A DNA stretch of 20,000 nt from the IMG/VR virus record IMGVR_UViG_3300045923_000198. The stretch is one strand, 5' to 3'. The translations under genes were made by a program, and so were the position numbers. Below are positions 1 to 8,691 of the stretch, one piece after another. The notes beneath the pieces were generated by a model. It searched no databases, had not been told where the DNA came from, and saw nothing but the letters and a program-made list of their open reading frames with translations. This DNA comes from an uncultured virus (IMG/VR IMGVR_UViG_3300045923_000198) (Duplodnaviria; Heunggongvirae; Uroviricota; Caudoviricetes). Position 1 is the first letter of the stretch; every line of letters begins with the position of its first letter.

Positions 1-1
1 G

Positions 2-211
2 TTGCAGCTCCTTGTCCCACTCTTCGGCCTCCGGACTGCCGGAGACGACCTCGTAGCACTTCCAGCCGATAGGGACCTGCTTCGGGTCATCCCCGGGCAG
101 GACCGTGACGCCTTCTCGTCGTGGAATCACGATGTCCGGTTTGGGGGCATCGACCGTCAGTCTAAGCTGCGCGGGATCCGTGATGAGACGGTTCTTCCAG
201 TCGTCACTCAT
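2..211 (-). CDS. Hypothetical protein, N-terminal part (runs off window edge)
   Basis: Not in the ORF track. Manual translation gives ATG at 211, MSDDWKNRLITDPAQLRLTVDAPKPDIVIPRREGVTVLPGDDPKQVPIGWKCYEVV..., open to the window edge. Preceded by CGGTGTA-N9, directly after the stop of 228..1337. Confidence 0.65.
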   Translation of the reverse strand, partial: MSDDWKNRLITDPAQLRLTVDAPKPDIVIPRREGVTVLPGDDPKQVPIGWKCYEVVSGSPEAEEWDKELQ

Positions 212-227
212 GCTCGGCACTACACCG

Positions 228-1337
228 TCAGTCGAAGACCGAGGACACAGAACCGAGCATGACACGGATGCGGTGTCGGCTGCCAAGTTGGTAGGTCTCG
301 AACTCGCTGTAGCTCTTCGGCGTGTACGGCCAGGAGTCGCCCTTGCGGCCCGTGAACGTGACCGTGTAGCTCTCCTCGCGACCGGACTCACGCTCCTGCT
401 CCCCATCCTGCAAGGGCGGCGGAGTCGTGTCGGGCCACCTGACATCGGACGTGGTGCCGTTCGCCATGGCGTCTCGGTTGTGCCCCCAACCCCAGAAGTC
501 CCACTCGTAGAAGTCCGCGTAGATCGGCAGGTCTGCGTAGTCGTTCACGCTGCATGTCTTCGGGTCGCAGATCGTGGAGCAGACAGGGTCCGCCTGCGTG
601 CAGCTCTTGAAGCCGTTGTTCAGCTTCGTGCACACGGGCTTGGGCGTCGTGCAACTGCTCCTGTCCGTGCGGCAGTTTTTCGTGCCACAGAGGGACGCGT
701 CGGTCACACGGTGATGGCCGACCAGGACATGGTAGTTCCACCCGTTCTGACGCTGCCCGTCGTTGACGAGGTTCAGCGCACCCGAGGGCACGGTGAAGCC
801 GCTGTCATGCCGCAGCGAGTAGCGGTCGATGTGGATGGTGCGCTGCCAGGCGAGAGCCGTGACCGTGCCGTGCAGGTCGAGGGGCTTGAAGAGGAAGTAG
901 CCGCCGATGATGAGCGCCAGGACGATCGGGATAGCGATGGCCCACCATGGCAGGCCCTTGGAACGACGGCGCGTTTCCAAGATGGGAGGGGGAGCGTAAG
1001 ACGACATGGTCTTCCGCCCTTCAGGCCGGGTCGGAGCTTCAGAGGAGAATGAGCGTGCGCGGGGAGTCTCCCCCTGGTCCTGCGAAACGCCGCACTGCAC
1101 GCACTCCCCGCTGTCCCGACGCTCGGCCGAGCCGCAGAAACGACACTTCCAGTCCACCCCCGCAGCCGCCTGCTCGACGAAGGACTCGTCGGCCACGGGC
1201 GTCAGACCGCCGTCGTCGATGTCCCCATCCACGTCTGTCTTCGGCTTCCCGCAGACCTCGCAGACCTTGAGGTGGCCCTCGTTGAGGTGCTTGTTCTCAC
1301 ACTCCCACTTCAACTCGACGAAGAACTGACGCGACAT
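228..1337 (-). CDS. Membrane-anchored protein: N-terminal zinc ribbons, one TM helix, Cys-rich external domain
   Basis: Cys pairs in the N-terminal part (WECENKH...CEVC, WKCRFC...CVQC), a hydrophobic helix WWAIAIPIVLALIIGGYFLF, then a Cys-rich stretch (CGTKNC...CTTPKPVC...CTQADPVCSTICDPKTC). Confidence 0.75.
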   Translation of the reverse strand: MSRQFFVELKWECENKHLNEGHLKVCEVCGKPKTDVDGDIDDGGLTPVADESFVEQAAAGVDWKCRFCGSAERRDSGECVQCGVSQDQGETPRARSFSSEAPTRPEGRKTMSSYAPPPILETRRRSKGLPWWAIAIPIVLALIIGGYFLFKPLDLHGTVTALAWQRTIHIDRYSLRHDSGFTVPSGALNLVNDGQRQNGWNYHVLVGHHRVTDASLCGTKNCRTDRSSCTTPKPVCTKLNNGFKSCTQADPVCSTICDPKTCSVNDYADLPIYADFYEWDFWGWGHNRDAMANGTTSDVRWPDTTPPPLQDGEQERESGREESYTVTFTGRKGDSWPYTPKSYSEFETYQLGSRHRIRVMLGSVSSVFD

Positions 1338-1348
1338 GCCCCTATTCT

Positions 1349-1364
1349 TACACCAGGTGGTGTA
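1349..1364. promoter_or_regulatory. Palindromic divergent element TACACC-aggt-GGTGTA (putative back-to-back promoters)
   Basis: Each GGTGTA half lies exactly 11 nt before an ATG (1337 on -, 1376 on +). The same motif precedes other starts (221-226, 10228-10233, 11555-11560). Confidence 0.6.
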
Positions 1365-1375
1365 TCGTGGGCACC

Positions 1376-1648
1376 ATGTCCGAGCTAACGGGATGGACGA
1401 AGGTTGGGGACAAGATCGAAGGCAAGGGCAAGTGGGTCGTCTACCGCCTGAAGAAGGGGTTACTGCCCACGCCCACCATCGTTGGCGAGGAGTTCGAGCC
1501 GACCGATGCGAAGAAGGCCCTGCGTGAGTATCAGAAGCGCGCCACGGAGATGACCACGAGCAACCGCAGCGGGGGTCTCTGGCTCGTGAACCCGGAAGGC
1601 GTGGTCGCCAGCGTCGTCTTCATCGCCCCGCAAATGCGCTTCTATTGA
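1376..1648 (+). CDS. Hypothetical protein (~90 aa)
   Basis: ORF 1367..1648 with protein-like composition. ATG 1376 preferred because it is 11 nt after GGTGTA. Confidence 0.65.
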   Translation: MSELTGWTKVGDKIEGKGKWVVYRLKKGLLPTPTIVGEEFEPTDAKKALREYQKRATEMTTSNRSGGLWLVNPEGVVASVVFIAPQMRFY

Positions 1649-3848
1649 GCCTCGTCAGGAACCTGTCGAGCACGCGCTGCGCGATGATCTTCCGGTCCTT
1701 CATGGCCGCGAACAGCTTGTCGTAGAGCGGCATGATCTCCTTCTCGAAGCGTGCCTGCTCGATGTACTTGGGGTCGTCGTACTGGAGCCACGTGAGCCAG
1801 GGGTTGCTCACGCCCTGCCGTGCGAGCTTCGTGTAGACGTACTGCTCGGTCACGCGCGCCCAGACCTCTGTGGCGCTGTGGTAGTACGTGAGCTTGCGGT
1901 TGTCGCCGTCCATCATCTGCGTGTACCGCTTGGTCGCCTCGGCAAGCAGCTCCGGAGGCACCTCGGACTTGTACTGCGCGTCCAGAGCCTTCGCGTACGG
2001 GTGATCCTTGGGCAAGTCGTAGCGGCTCTTGCCCGTGAGCGTCTCAACGGCCTTGTCCCCGGTGAACTCCATCAAGTTCCCAAGCATGTCCTCCCACCGC
2101 TTGTAGTCGGGGGTGTTGCGGATCGCTTTGAGAACGTCTGACAGCTCGGGAAGAGTCTTGTCGATGTACGCGCGGTTGGACTTGTCGGTCACGTAGTCGA
2201 GGGGAACGCCTGTGTTGGCGACGCCACCTGGACCCGAGTACACGCCAAATTCACGCTTCATCTTCTCCACGTGCTCGGGGTTGTCGCGCGCCGCGAGGTC
2301 ACGTGACACCATGTCGTCCAGATAGTGGCTCAGCTCGTGCGCCAGCACACCCTCGTAGTCCTCACCGAACGTCACCCTCGGCTGCCACGTACGGCGATCG
2401 TCCCACTGGAAGTAGTGGGCCTTGGCCATGAAGCTCGATGACCCGCCGAAGTTGAACGCCAGCTTCTTTCCGTGCTTGCCACAGAAGCCCTTGCCGAAGA
2501 CCGTCTCCAGATCGCTCACCGCGCGAGAGACCCGCCCAAGAAGCTCGTGCCGCTTCTCCTCCGGGATGTCATCCGAGAACTCGATCGGCCCCGTGTCATG
2601 CCGCGCCTGGAACTCTTCAGGGGTCGTTGGCTGCCAGGTGAGGGGGACGAGCGGGATGCCCTCTTTGATGGCGATGTTCTTCTGCGCCTCGTCGATCATC
2701 CGCTTGATGTCGGTCACGGCGTCGCCGGTCAGGATGCGGCGGTTCACCGCTTCCTGGATGATGCGCAGGAGCGTGTCGAACGAGCGCGACTTCTCGATGA
2801 GCGTCAGGAGTTTCTTGTACTCCATCGGCACGCTCTTGGGCTTCACCGGCTTGTCGTCAGGCTTGTTGTCCCTGCGCTTCCGTGATGGTCCCTTGGTACG
2901 CTGTACCGCGTACTCAGCGGACCTGCGTACGTAGTCCGAGACCTGCTTGAGGATCCACTCAGTTGGGCCGTCAGGGTCGTTCTTGGACTCGCGCTTGAGC
3001 ACCACATCCAGGGGCTCTTCTTGAGCGGCTCCGGCCGGTGTTCCAGAGCGGCGGATGGTCTCGACGTTGACGCCAGCCTCTCGCTGGACCTTCGCAAGAG
3101 CTGCCGCGTTCTCCTTGTAGAGCTTCGAGCGCGTATCGGCATCGGTCGTCTGCCACGCGTTCATGATCTCGGCACGTTCAGCGGTGAGGCGCTCGACTTC
3201 TGCACGCAAGGCGGCCTTCTGACCCTCGTCCATCTCGAAGAACGCGCCGGGCGTGGTTTCCTCGTGCGGTTCTTCCGAGACCTCCGAAGAGGGCAGCTTG
3301 AGGATCTTGCGCAGTAGCGTTCGAATCGGCGCGGGTACGACCTCAAGACGGATGACGTCCTTGAGCATCTCCTCACGCTCGCGAGACCGCCAACCGTACT
3401 GGTCGTCCTCGGAAGGGTTGTCCTCCCCGATCACGTAGATCGCGTGGCGAATCAGACGGAACACCCTCGCGTCCACGTCCGTGTGCTTCAAGTGCTTCAA
3501 GCCGCGCAGGATGCGCACGACCGCAACAAGAGCCTGTCGATCTTGCGTGGGACTCAGATGCTCGATCGCCCGGAGCCCTGGCGCTGCAGGCTTTGCACCG
3601 GCTCCCAGAGTGCCGTCATCGATCGCCTCGCCAAGCACCTTGCAGGCAGCAACGAACTGGCCGTGAAACTGACGGCGCAGAGCGAGGAACTTCCGGATCT
3701 CTTTCTCGTCGAAGAAGGGCGCTGCGACGATCTTGCTCTGCGCGATCACAAGAGCGATGCCGGCTGTGACCGTGGAGACCGCATCGTCCAGGCTCATAGC
3801 GGCAGAGGGCTCGTCGGCGGCCCATCTGTGGTCGTAGGTGTAGTCCAC
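1620..3848 (-). CDS. Large polyvalent-type protein with C-terminal zincin metallopeptidase (LPD1/MPTase-like) domain
   Basis: 751-aa ORF containing VLAHELSHYLD (HExxH, 2325-2339) and downstream YYHSATEVWARVTEQYV, which resembles the LPD1 'Y..S..E..AR..E.Y' signature. Start uncertain (3875, GTG 3848 or ATG 3797). Confidence 0.7.
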   Translation of the reverse strand: MDYTYDHRWAADEPSAAMSLDDAVSTVTAGIALVIAQSKIVAAPFFDEKEIRKFLALRRQFHGQFVAACKVLGEAIDDGTLGAGAKPAAPGLRAIEHLSPTQDRQALVAVVRILRGLKHLKHTDVDARVFRLIRHAIYVIGEDNPSEDDQYGWRSREREEMLKDVIRLEVVPAPIRTLLRKILKLPSSEVSEEPHEETTPGAFFEMDEGQKAALRAEVERLTAERAEIMNAWQTTDADTRSKLYKENAAALAKVQREAGVNVETIRRSGTPAGAAQEEPLDVVLKRESKNDPDGPTEWILKQVSDYVRRSAEYAVQRTKGPSRKRRDNKPDDKPVKPKSVPMEYKKLLTLIEKSRSFDTLLRIIQEAVNRRILTGDAVTDIKRMIDEAQKNIAIKEGIPLVPLTWQPTTPEEFQARHDTGPIEFSDDIPEEKRHELLGRVSRAVSDLETVFGKGFCGKHGKKLAFNFGGSSSFMAKAHYFQWDDRRTWQPRVTFGEDYEGVLAHELSHYLDDMVSRDLAARDNPEHVEKMKREFGVYSGPGGVANTGVPLDYVTDKSNRAYIDKTLPELSDVLKAIRNTPDYKRWEDMLGNLMEFTGDKAVETLTGKSRYDLPKDHPYAKALDAQYKSEVPPELLAEATKRYTQMMDGDNRKLTYYHSATEVWARVTEQYVYTKLARQGVSNPWLTWLQYDDPKYIEQARFEKEIMPLYDKLFAAMKDRKIIAQRVLDRFLTRLNRSAFAGR

Positions 3849-4112
3849 GCCTCTGTAGGTTGAAAAACGGACCACCGGGTTGATTCTGGTCGGGCTCGGG
3901 TTGTAGTCCCCTGTGAAGGACCACTAACCCACCCAAAGAAGGAGTTTTCCGGGCTTTTTCGTGGGTCCCCTATGCGGGACCTGCGTAACAGACTGGGCCC
4001 CGCATGGGCCAGAAGAGGCCGCCCACCTCCAGAAGCGCTTGCCCCCCTAAGACGAGGGTGTTACCACCACTAGGTGAACTTGCTTAGCCAACCCCCAAAC
4101 AACAGGAACCAG

Positions 4113-5006
4113 ATGAACACCTCGAACGCAGTCACTCAGATCCGTGAGGCCGCCCGCAGCGTGCAGGCGAGCAAGCAGGCGCTCAACGCGAGCACCACCG
4201 CCTTCACGCTGGCCGTCACCGAAGCCGCCAAGGACCCGAACGTCATGGCGTCCCTCATGCTCAGCATGCTGCTCGGCGAAGACCCCGCAGCGGCGGTCAA
4301 CGTCTCGACGCCGACGAACGGCGAGACCGCTGTCACCGCTCCCGTCATCAGCAACGTCGGCCGCAACGCGACCGTCGCTCGCGAAGATCCGGGCACGCTC
4401 CCGGTGCGCCTCGCCTTCATCCTCGCCGATGCTGGCGTCGGCAACTCGCTCACCGTCGATCAGGTCATCGAGCAGCTCAAGGTCCGCGGCTGGAAGCCCA
4501 AGTCGAAGGATCTGCGCAAGTACATCGGCGTGATGCTGCCGCACCTGAGCGCCGAGAAGAGCAAGGCCGGCAAGGACATCGCCATCCTGCGCGACAACGG
4601 CAGCTACACCATCAACCCCGACGCGGTGATCTCGATGGGCCGCAAGGGCAACCGCGTCACCGTGACCGTCAAGGATCTCCTCAAGGGAGCGTCCATGCCG
4701 AACGCGGCGGCGGTCGCCGAAGCTCGCGCGGAGGCCACTGCATCGGCCCCGGCCGAGCCGAAGCGCAAGATCGACGTCAAGGGTCGTGCGCTCAAGGCGC
4801 TCAAGGGCATGCGCAAGCCGGTCAGCTTCACGGACATCACCACGGCCGCGAAGGTCGAGTCCAAGAGCTTCCAGATGATCGGCATGGGCTTCATCCGCAC
4901 CGGCCTGCTCAAGAAGACCCGCAAGACCGACGAGGCGGGGCGCAAGCTGTTCGAGGTCGTCCACCCGAAGGTCAACGCGGCCATCAAGAAGGTCGCCGCT
5001 TCCTGA
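4113..5006 (+). CDS. Basic Ala/Lys-rich putative DNA-binding protein with two winged-helix-like segments
   Basis: AGGA RBS before ATG 4113. Strong C/G-ending codon bias. Segments LTVDQVIEQLKVRGWKPKSKDLRKYIGVML and ALKALKGMRKPVSFTDITTAAKVESKSFQMIGMGFIRTGLLKKT look like wHTH. Confidence 0.6.
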   Translation: MNTSNAVTQIREAARSVQASKQALNASTTAFTLAVTEAAKDPNVMASLMLSMLLGEDPAAAVNVSTPTNGETAVTAPVISNVGRNATVAREDPGTLPVRLAFILADAGVGNSLTVDQVIEQLKVRGWKPKSKDLRKYIGVMLPHLSAEKSKAGKDIAILRDNGSYTINPDAVISMGRKGNRVTVTVKDLLKGASMPNAAAVAEARAEATASAPAEPKRKIDVKGRALKALKGMRKPVSFTDITTAAKVESKSFQMIGMGFIRTGLLKKTRKTDEAGRKLFEVVHPKVNAAIKKVAAS

Positions 5007-5030
5007 GCGGCGGACCACTAGAAGGTCGCG

Positions 5031-5351
5031 ATGGAAGGCATCCGCATCGCACCGGGCCAAGTCTTCGTTGACGTAGACAAGCGCAACGTCGGCTTCCGCC
5101 TCGTGCAGTTCGAGCGCACCTTCTTCGGCCTCGACCGCTACGGCGAGCGCGTCACATACGCTGCCTGCCGTATCCTCACAGCCGGGGGTCGTCCGTGTGA
5201 CTTCACGGACACCCCCTGGCTCAAGGGAACAGGTGCGGTCGGACAGATCACGTACATCCGTCTGGATCGTCTCTTGACGCTCCGGTTTTACATCCCGGCT
5301 CCGCAGCCGTCGTTCGAGATGTTCGAGCAGTTCCACCCACTGGCAGCCTGA
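5031..5351 (+). CDS. Hypothetical protein
   Basis: 106-aa ORF filling the gap in a co-directional gene run, with GAAGG upstream. Confidence 0.65.
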   Translation: MEGIRIAPGQVFVDVDKRNVGFRLVQFERTFFGLDRYGERVTYAACRILTAGGRPCDFTDTPWLKGTGAVGQITYIRLDRLLTLRFYIPAPQPSFEMFEQFHPLAA

Positions 5352-5360
5352 CGTGAACCC

Positions 5361-6245
5361 ATGAGCGAGACCGTGAAACGAGGAACCATCCACTGGTACG
5401 GCACGATGCCGGAGTCCCGTGGGGCAGCATCGGCCCCCGCCTCAGGGGTGGTGGAAATCGGCCACTACCCGAGCGGGGAGCCTGTCATCAACTTCCCCAA
5501 CCGGGGAGTCCAGGTCAAGAGACTTCTCCTGCGTCCCATGTCGATGCTCGACCTCATGGGAGGACTGTTCTTCGCCGATGCGCTCCAGGAACGGGGGCAG
5601 AGGTTGATCGAACTGGTCCTGCCGTTCGTCCCCGGCGCGCGGCAGGACAGGATGAACTCCGAAGGGGACTACCTCTTCACGGCGAAGTCCGTCGCGAAGG
5701 ACATCAACGCCCGGACCTTTCGCAAGGTCACAGTCCTCGACCCGCATTCGGAGGTGATCTCCGGCATGATCAACCGCTGCTCCATCGTCCACGCCGACGA
5801 GTGCGTGCGCTACGGCTTGGGGCACGGCCTCGTCACCGCCTCGCGCTACACGGCGGTCGTCTCGCCGGACTCGGGTGCCGAGAAGAGGGCTGGCGCCGTC
5901 GCGAGGATGCTCTCACTGCCGATGATCCACGGGTGGAAGACGCGCGACGTCTCCAACGGCAAGATCACCGGCTTCGGACTCGAACGGGCGGACATCTCCG
6001 GGCACGTCCTGGTCGTGGACGACATCTGCGACGGCGGCGGGACCTTCGTCGGTCTCGCGTCGATCCTGAAGGAGCGGAACCTGAAGGCGGACCTCTACGT
6101 CACGCACGGGATCTTCTCGCAGGGCACCGCGAGGCTCCTGGAACACTACGAGCAAGTGATTTGCACGGACTCCTTGGAGGTAGTTCCCTCGACTGGTGTA
6201 GTAGTCCTTCCCGTGAGCCAGAACCTCTTCGAAGGGACGACCTAA
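5361..6245 (+). CDS. prs: Ribose-phosphate pyrophosphokinase-like protein (candidate ADPR-PP synthetase, Adps)
   Basis: PRPP synthetase motifs: PGARQDR, LDPHS, SPDSGAEKRA, KTRD, VVDDICDGGGTF (PRPP-binding loop), VTHGIFS. Confidence 0.9.
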   Translation: MSETVKRGTIHWYGTMPESRGAASAPASGVVEIGHYPSGEPVINFPNRGVQVKRLLLRPMSMLDLMGGLFFADALQERGQRLIELVLPFVPGARQDRMNSEGDYLFTAKSVAKDINARTFRKVTVLDPHSEVISGMINRCSIVHADECVRYGLGHGLVTASRYTAVVSPDSGAEKRAGAVARMLSLPMIHGWKTRDVSNGKITGFGLERADISGHVLVVDDICDGGGTFVGLASILKERNLKADLYVTHGIFSQGTARLLEHYEQVICTDSLEVVPSTGVVVLPVSQNLFEGTT

Positions 6246-6248
6246 ACC

Positions 6249-7766
6249 ATGCGTAGCTGCCTCATTCCCGGAACGTTCGTGCCCGATCCGATGACCCTCA
6301 TCGACGGGTACAAGTTCGACCACCGCCGTCAGTACCCGCCGGGCACGAGCCTGGTCAGCTCGAACTGGACCCCTCGCAGCTCGCGCGTACCGGGGCACAA
6401 GAAGGTCGTCTACGCAGGCGGGCAGTATTTCCGCCAGAAGATCCTCGTCGAAGCCTTCCGTGAGTTCTTCGGCGACAGCGAGAACGCTGCGGCCAAGCGC
6501 TACGAGCGGCGCACCAACGGCTATCTCGGCCCCAACACCATCGGATCGGATCACATCCGGCAGCTTCACCGGCTCGGGTACATCCCGCTCCTGTTCCGTG
6601 CCGTCCCCGAAGGCACTGCGGTGCCCCTGCGTGTGCCGATGGTCACCATCGAGAACACGCACCCGGACTTCGCGTGGATGCCCAACTACTTCGAGACGAT
6701 CATGTCGTGCGAGCAGTGGATCCCCTGCACGTCAGCGACGACTGCTCTCGGGTTCCGGCGCCTCCTCGAAGCGGCGGCCAAGAAGACCGGCAGCCCTCCC
6801 GAGTTCGTGGACTGGCAGGCGCACGACTTCTCCTTCCGGGGCTTGCCTGGCCTCGAAGCCGCGATGCTCTCGGGTCTCGGTCACCTGCTCTACTTCACGG
6901 GCACGGACACGGTCCCTGCACTCGATCTGATCGAGGACTACTACGGCGTCCCCGATGGGTACCTCATCGGGGGGTCGGTCAACGCCACGGAGCACTCTGT
7001 CATGTGCGCTGGCGGCGAGGGCAACGAGCGGGAGACGATTCTTCGCCTGCTCGACCTCTATCCCGAAGGCATTCTGTCCGTCGTCTCCGACACGTGGGAC
7101 CTCTGGCATGTCCTCACGAAGATCCTGCCCGACCCCGAGGTCAAGGCCAAGATCATGAACCGCAACGGCAAGTACGTCACCCGGCCCGACTCGGGCAATC
7201 CGGCCAGCATCCTGTGCGGGATCCCGGGCTCGTACCGCAGCGACTACAACAAAACTCCCGCCGAGAAGGGCGTCATCGAGTTGCTGTGGGAGACCTTCGG
7301 CGGCACCGTGACTTCAACGGGGCACCGCTTGCTCGACTCCCACGTGGGGGCCATCTACGGGGACTCGATCACCCGGGAGCGTGGACAGGAGATCACTAGC
7401 CGCCTCGATGAGCAGAGGTTCGCTTCGGCCAACGTCGTCTACGGCATCGGCTCGTACACGTACCAGTACGTCACTCGCGATACCTACGGTTTCGCGATGA
7501 AGGCTACGTACGTCGAGATCAACGGCAAGGGCAAGGACATCTTCAAGAGCCCCAAGACCGACGACGGGGTGAAGCACTCCGCCCGCGGTCGCCTCGCTGT
7601 GCTCCGGGGCTCGGACGGCGAGATGCACCTCGTCGAACAGGCGACGCCCGAGCAGGAGGCGATGTCCCTTCTGCGCCCCGTCTGGAAGGACGGCAAGCCG
7701 CTCCTGCACGAGACCTTCGACATGGTACGCGCAACCGCCAGGCTCGCCCTGGCAGAACCGGCCTGA
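6249..7766 (+). CDS. nadV: Nicotinamide phosphoribosyltransferase-like protein (candidate Namat)
   Basis: NAMPT motifs: DGYKFDHRRQYP, HDFSFRG, FTGTDT, ATEHSVMC, SVVSDTWD, RPDSG, IYGDSIT, GIGSYTYQYVTRDT, KSPKTDDGVKHSARG. Starts 3 nt after the prs-like gene. Confidence 0.93.
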   Translation: MRSCLIPGTFVPDPMTLIDGYKFDHRRQYPPGTSLVSSNWTPRSSRVPGHKKVVYAGGQYFRQKILVEAFREFFGDSENAAAKRYERRTNGYLGPNTIGSDHIRQLHRLGYIPLLFRAVPEGTAVPLRVPMVTIENTHPDFAWMPNYFETIMSCEQWIPCTSATTALGFRRLLEAAAKKTGSPPEFVDWQAHDFSFRGLPGLEAAMLSGLGHLLYFTGTDTVPALDLIEDYYGVPDGYLIGGSVNATEHSVMCAGGEGNERETILRLLDLYPEGILSVVSDTWDLWHVLTKILPDPEVKAKIMNRNGKYVTRPDSGNPASILCGIPGSYRSDYNKTPAEKGVIELLWETFGGTVTSTGHRLLDSHVGAIYGDSITRERGQEITSRLDEQRFASANVVYGIGSYTYQYVTRDTYGFAMKATYVEINGKGKDIFKSPKTDDGVKHSARGRLAVLRGSDGEMHLVEQATPEQEAMSLLRPVWKDGKPLLHETFDMVRATARLALAEPA

Positions 7767-7767
7767 C

Positions 7768-8409
7768 ATGCCCCACATTGTCCCTCACGAAGAGACGAAC
7801 GAGCAGCGGTACAAGCGCCAGAACAAAGAGCGCGAGGACCGCATCGCCGCCTGCCCCATCAAGGAGACCAACCTCCTGTCGATCAGCCGGGGCACGGACA
7901 AGTGCATCTCGTACGTCACCCTCGATTGGGGAGATAACGACGACCGCATCACCTGGCTCACGTTCGGTGAGGCGTCCCTTCGCACGAACGATCGCCGGGA
8001 TGGTCGGTGGAACCTCGAAGCCCGCATGGGCCTCGGCGCCACGGACCCTGAGCACGACACCGCGTTCGCACTTCGGTTGCCGCTCATCGGCGTCGAGTTC
8101 GAATGGGCTGATCACCACCAGTTCCGGTTCCACGGGTTCGTGGACCCTAGCGCTGGGGAAGGGCGCCACCCGACCTTTCACGTCCCGCTGCCCGGATACA
8201 ACCCGACCAAGCATCCCAAGGCCGAGATGTGCGACGGGATCTACAACGAAAAGGCGGGGAAGTATTGCAAGTGGAACGACAAGAAGAAGCACGTCATCGT
8301 GCCGGAGGGCTTCTACGTCCCACCGTTCAACGCTGACCTGTTCAAGCTCGTGGCGGGCCTGCGGGTCTCGATCATCATGGGCAAGAACCACGACAAGGAC
8401 GACGAGTAG
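7768..8409 (+). CDS. Hypothetical protein
   Basis: 213-aa ORF starting 1 nt after the nadV stop, with typical codon usage. Confidence 0.7.
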   Translation: MPHIVPHEETNEQRYKRQNKEREDRIAACPIKETNLLSISRGTDKCISYVTLDWGDNDDRITWLTFGEASLRTNDRRDGRWNLEARMGLGATDPEHDTAFALRLPLIGVEFEWADHHQFRFHGFVDPSAGEGRHPTFHVPLPGYNPTKHPKAEMCDGIYNEKAGKYCKWNDKKKHVIVPEGFYVPPFNADLFKLVAGLRVSIIMGKNHDKDDE

Positions 8410-8414
8410 GAAAT

Positions 8415-8444
8415 TTGGCCCTCGAAACCTGAAGCCCGTACGCT
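8415..8444 (+). promoter_or_regulatory. Putative sigma70-type promoter TTGGCC-N18-TACGCT, leaderless to ATG 8452
   Basis: Partial -35/-10 match in a 42-nt intergenic gap. The ATG lies 7 nt after the -10 hexamer. Confidence 0.35.
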
Positions 8445-8451
8445 CGGGGGC

Positions 8452-8691
8452 ATGAAGGTCACATTCGCTGTCGAACTAGACGTAGACGAAGAACTCCCGG
8501 CGTCCGAAGCCCACGACCGCATGACCGCCCTGCGTGTGCTCGTTCACGTGGCCGCCAAGTCTTGCTTCCAGGGCGTAACTGTGCGACCCATTCAAGCTCA
8601 ACTGTCCGCTAGGGGAAACCATGCTGAAGATCATCCGCGTCCTGCCTCTTGTCCTGTTCACCCTCCTCTTCTCCGGGCTCGGGCAGGCTGA
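8452..8691 (+). CDS. Small hypothetical protein
   Basis: 79-aa ORF with a protein-like N-terminus. Its 3' end overlaps the next gene by ~70 nt, so it is less certain. Confidence 0.45.
   Translation: MKVTFAVELDVDEELPASEAHDRMTALRVLVHVAAKSCFQGVTVRPIQAQLSARGNHAEDHPRPASCPVHPPLLRARAG

Noticed and set aside
105..1052. 315-aa + strand ORF
   Set aside because: Antisense shadow of 228..1337. Long shadow ORFs are expected in high-GC DNA with biased codons.
4047..5393. 448-aa - strand ORF
   Set aside because: Antisense to two better-supported + genes, with no motifs.
5361..7766. NARP2 or ordinary NAD salvage call
   Set aside because: No NMNAT (HxGH nucleotidyltransferase) is seen in the window, and the prs-like partner fits NARP1 better. 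It cannot be excluded without assays.
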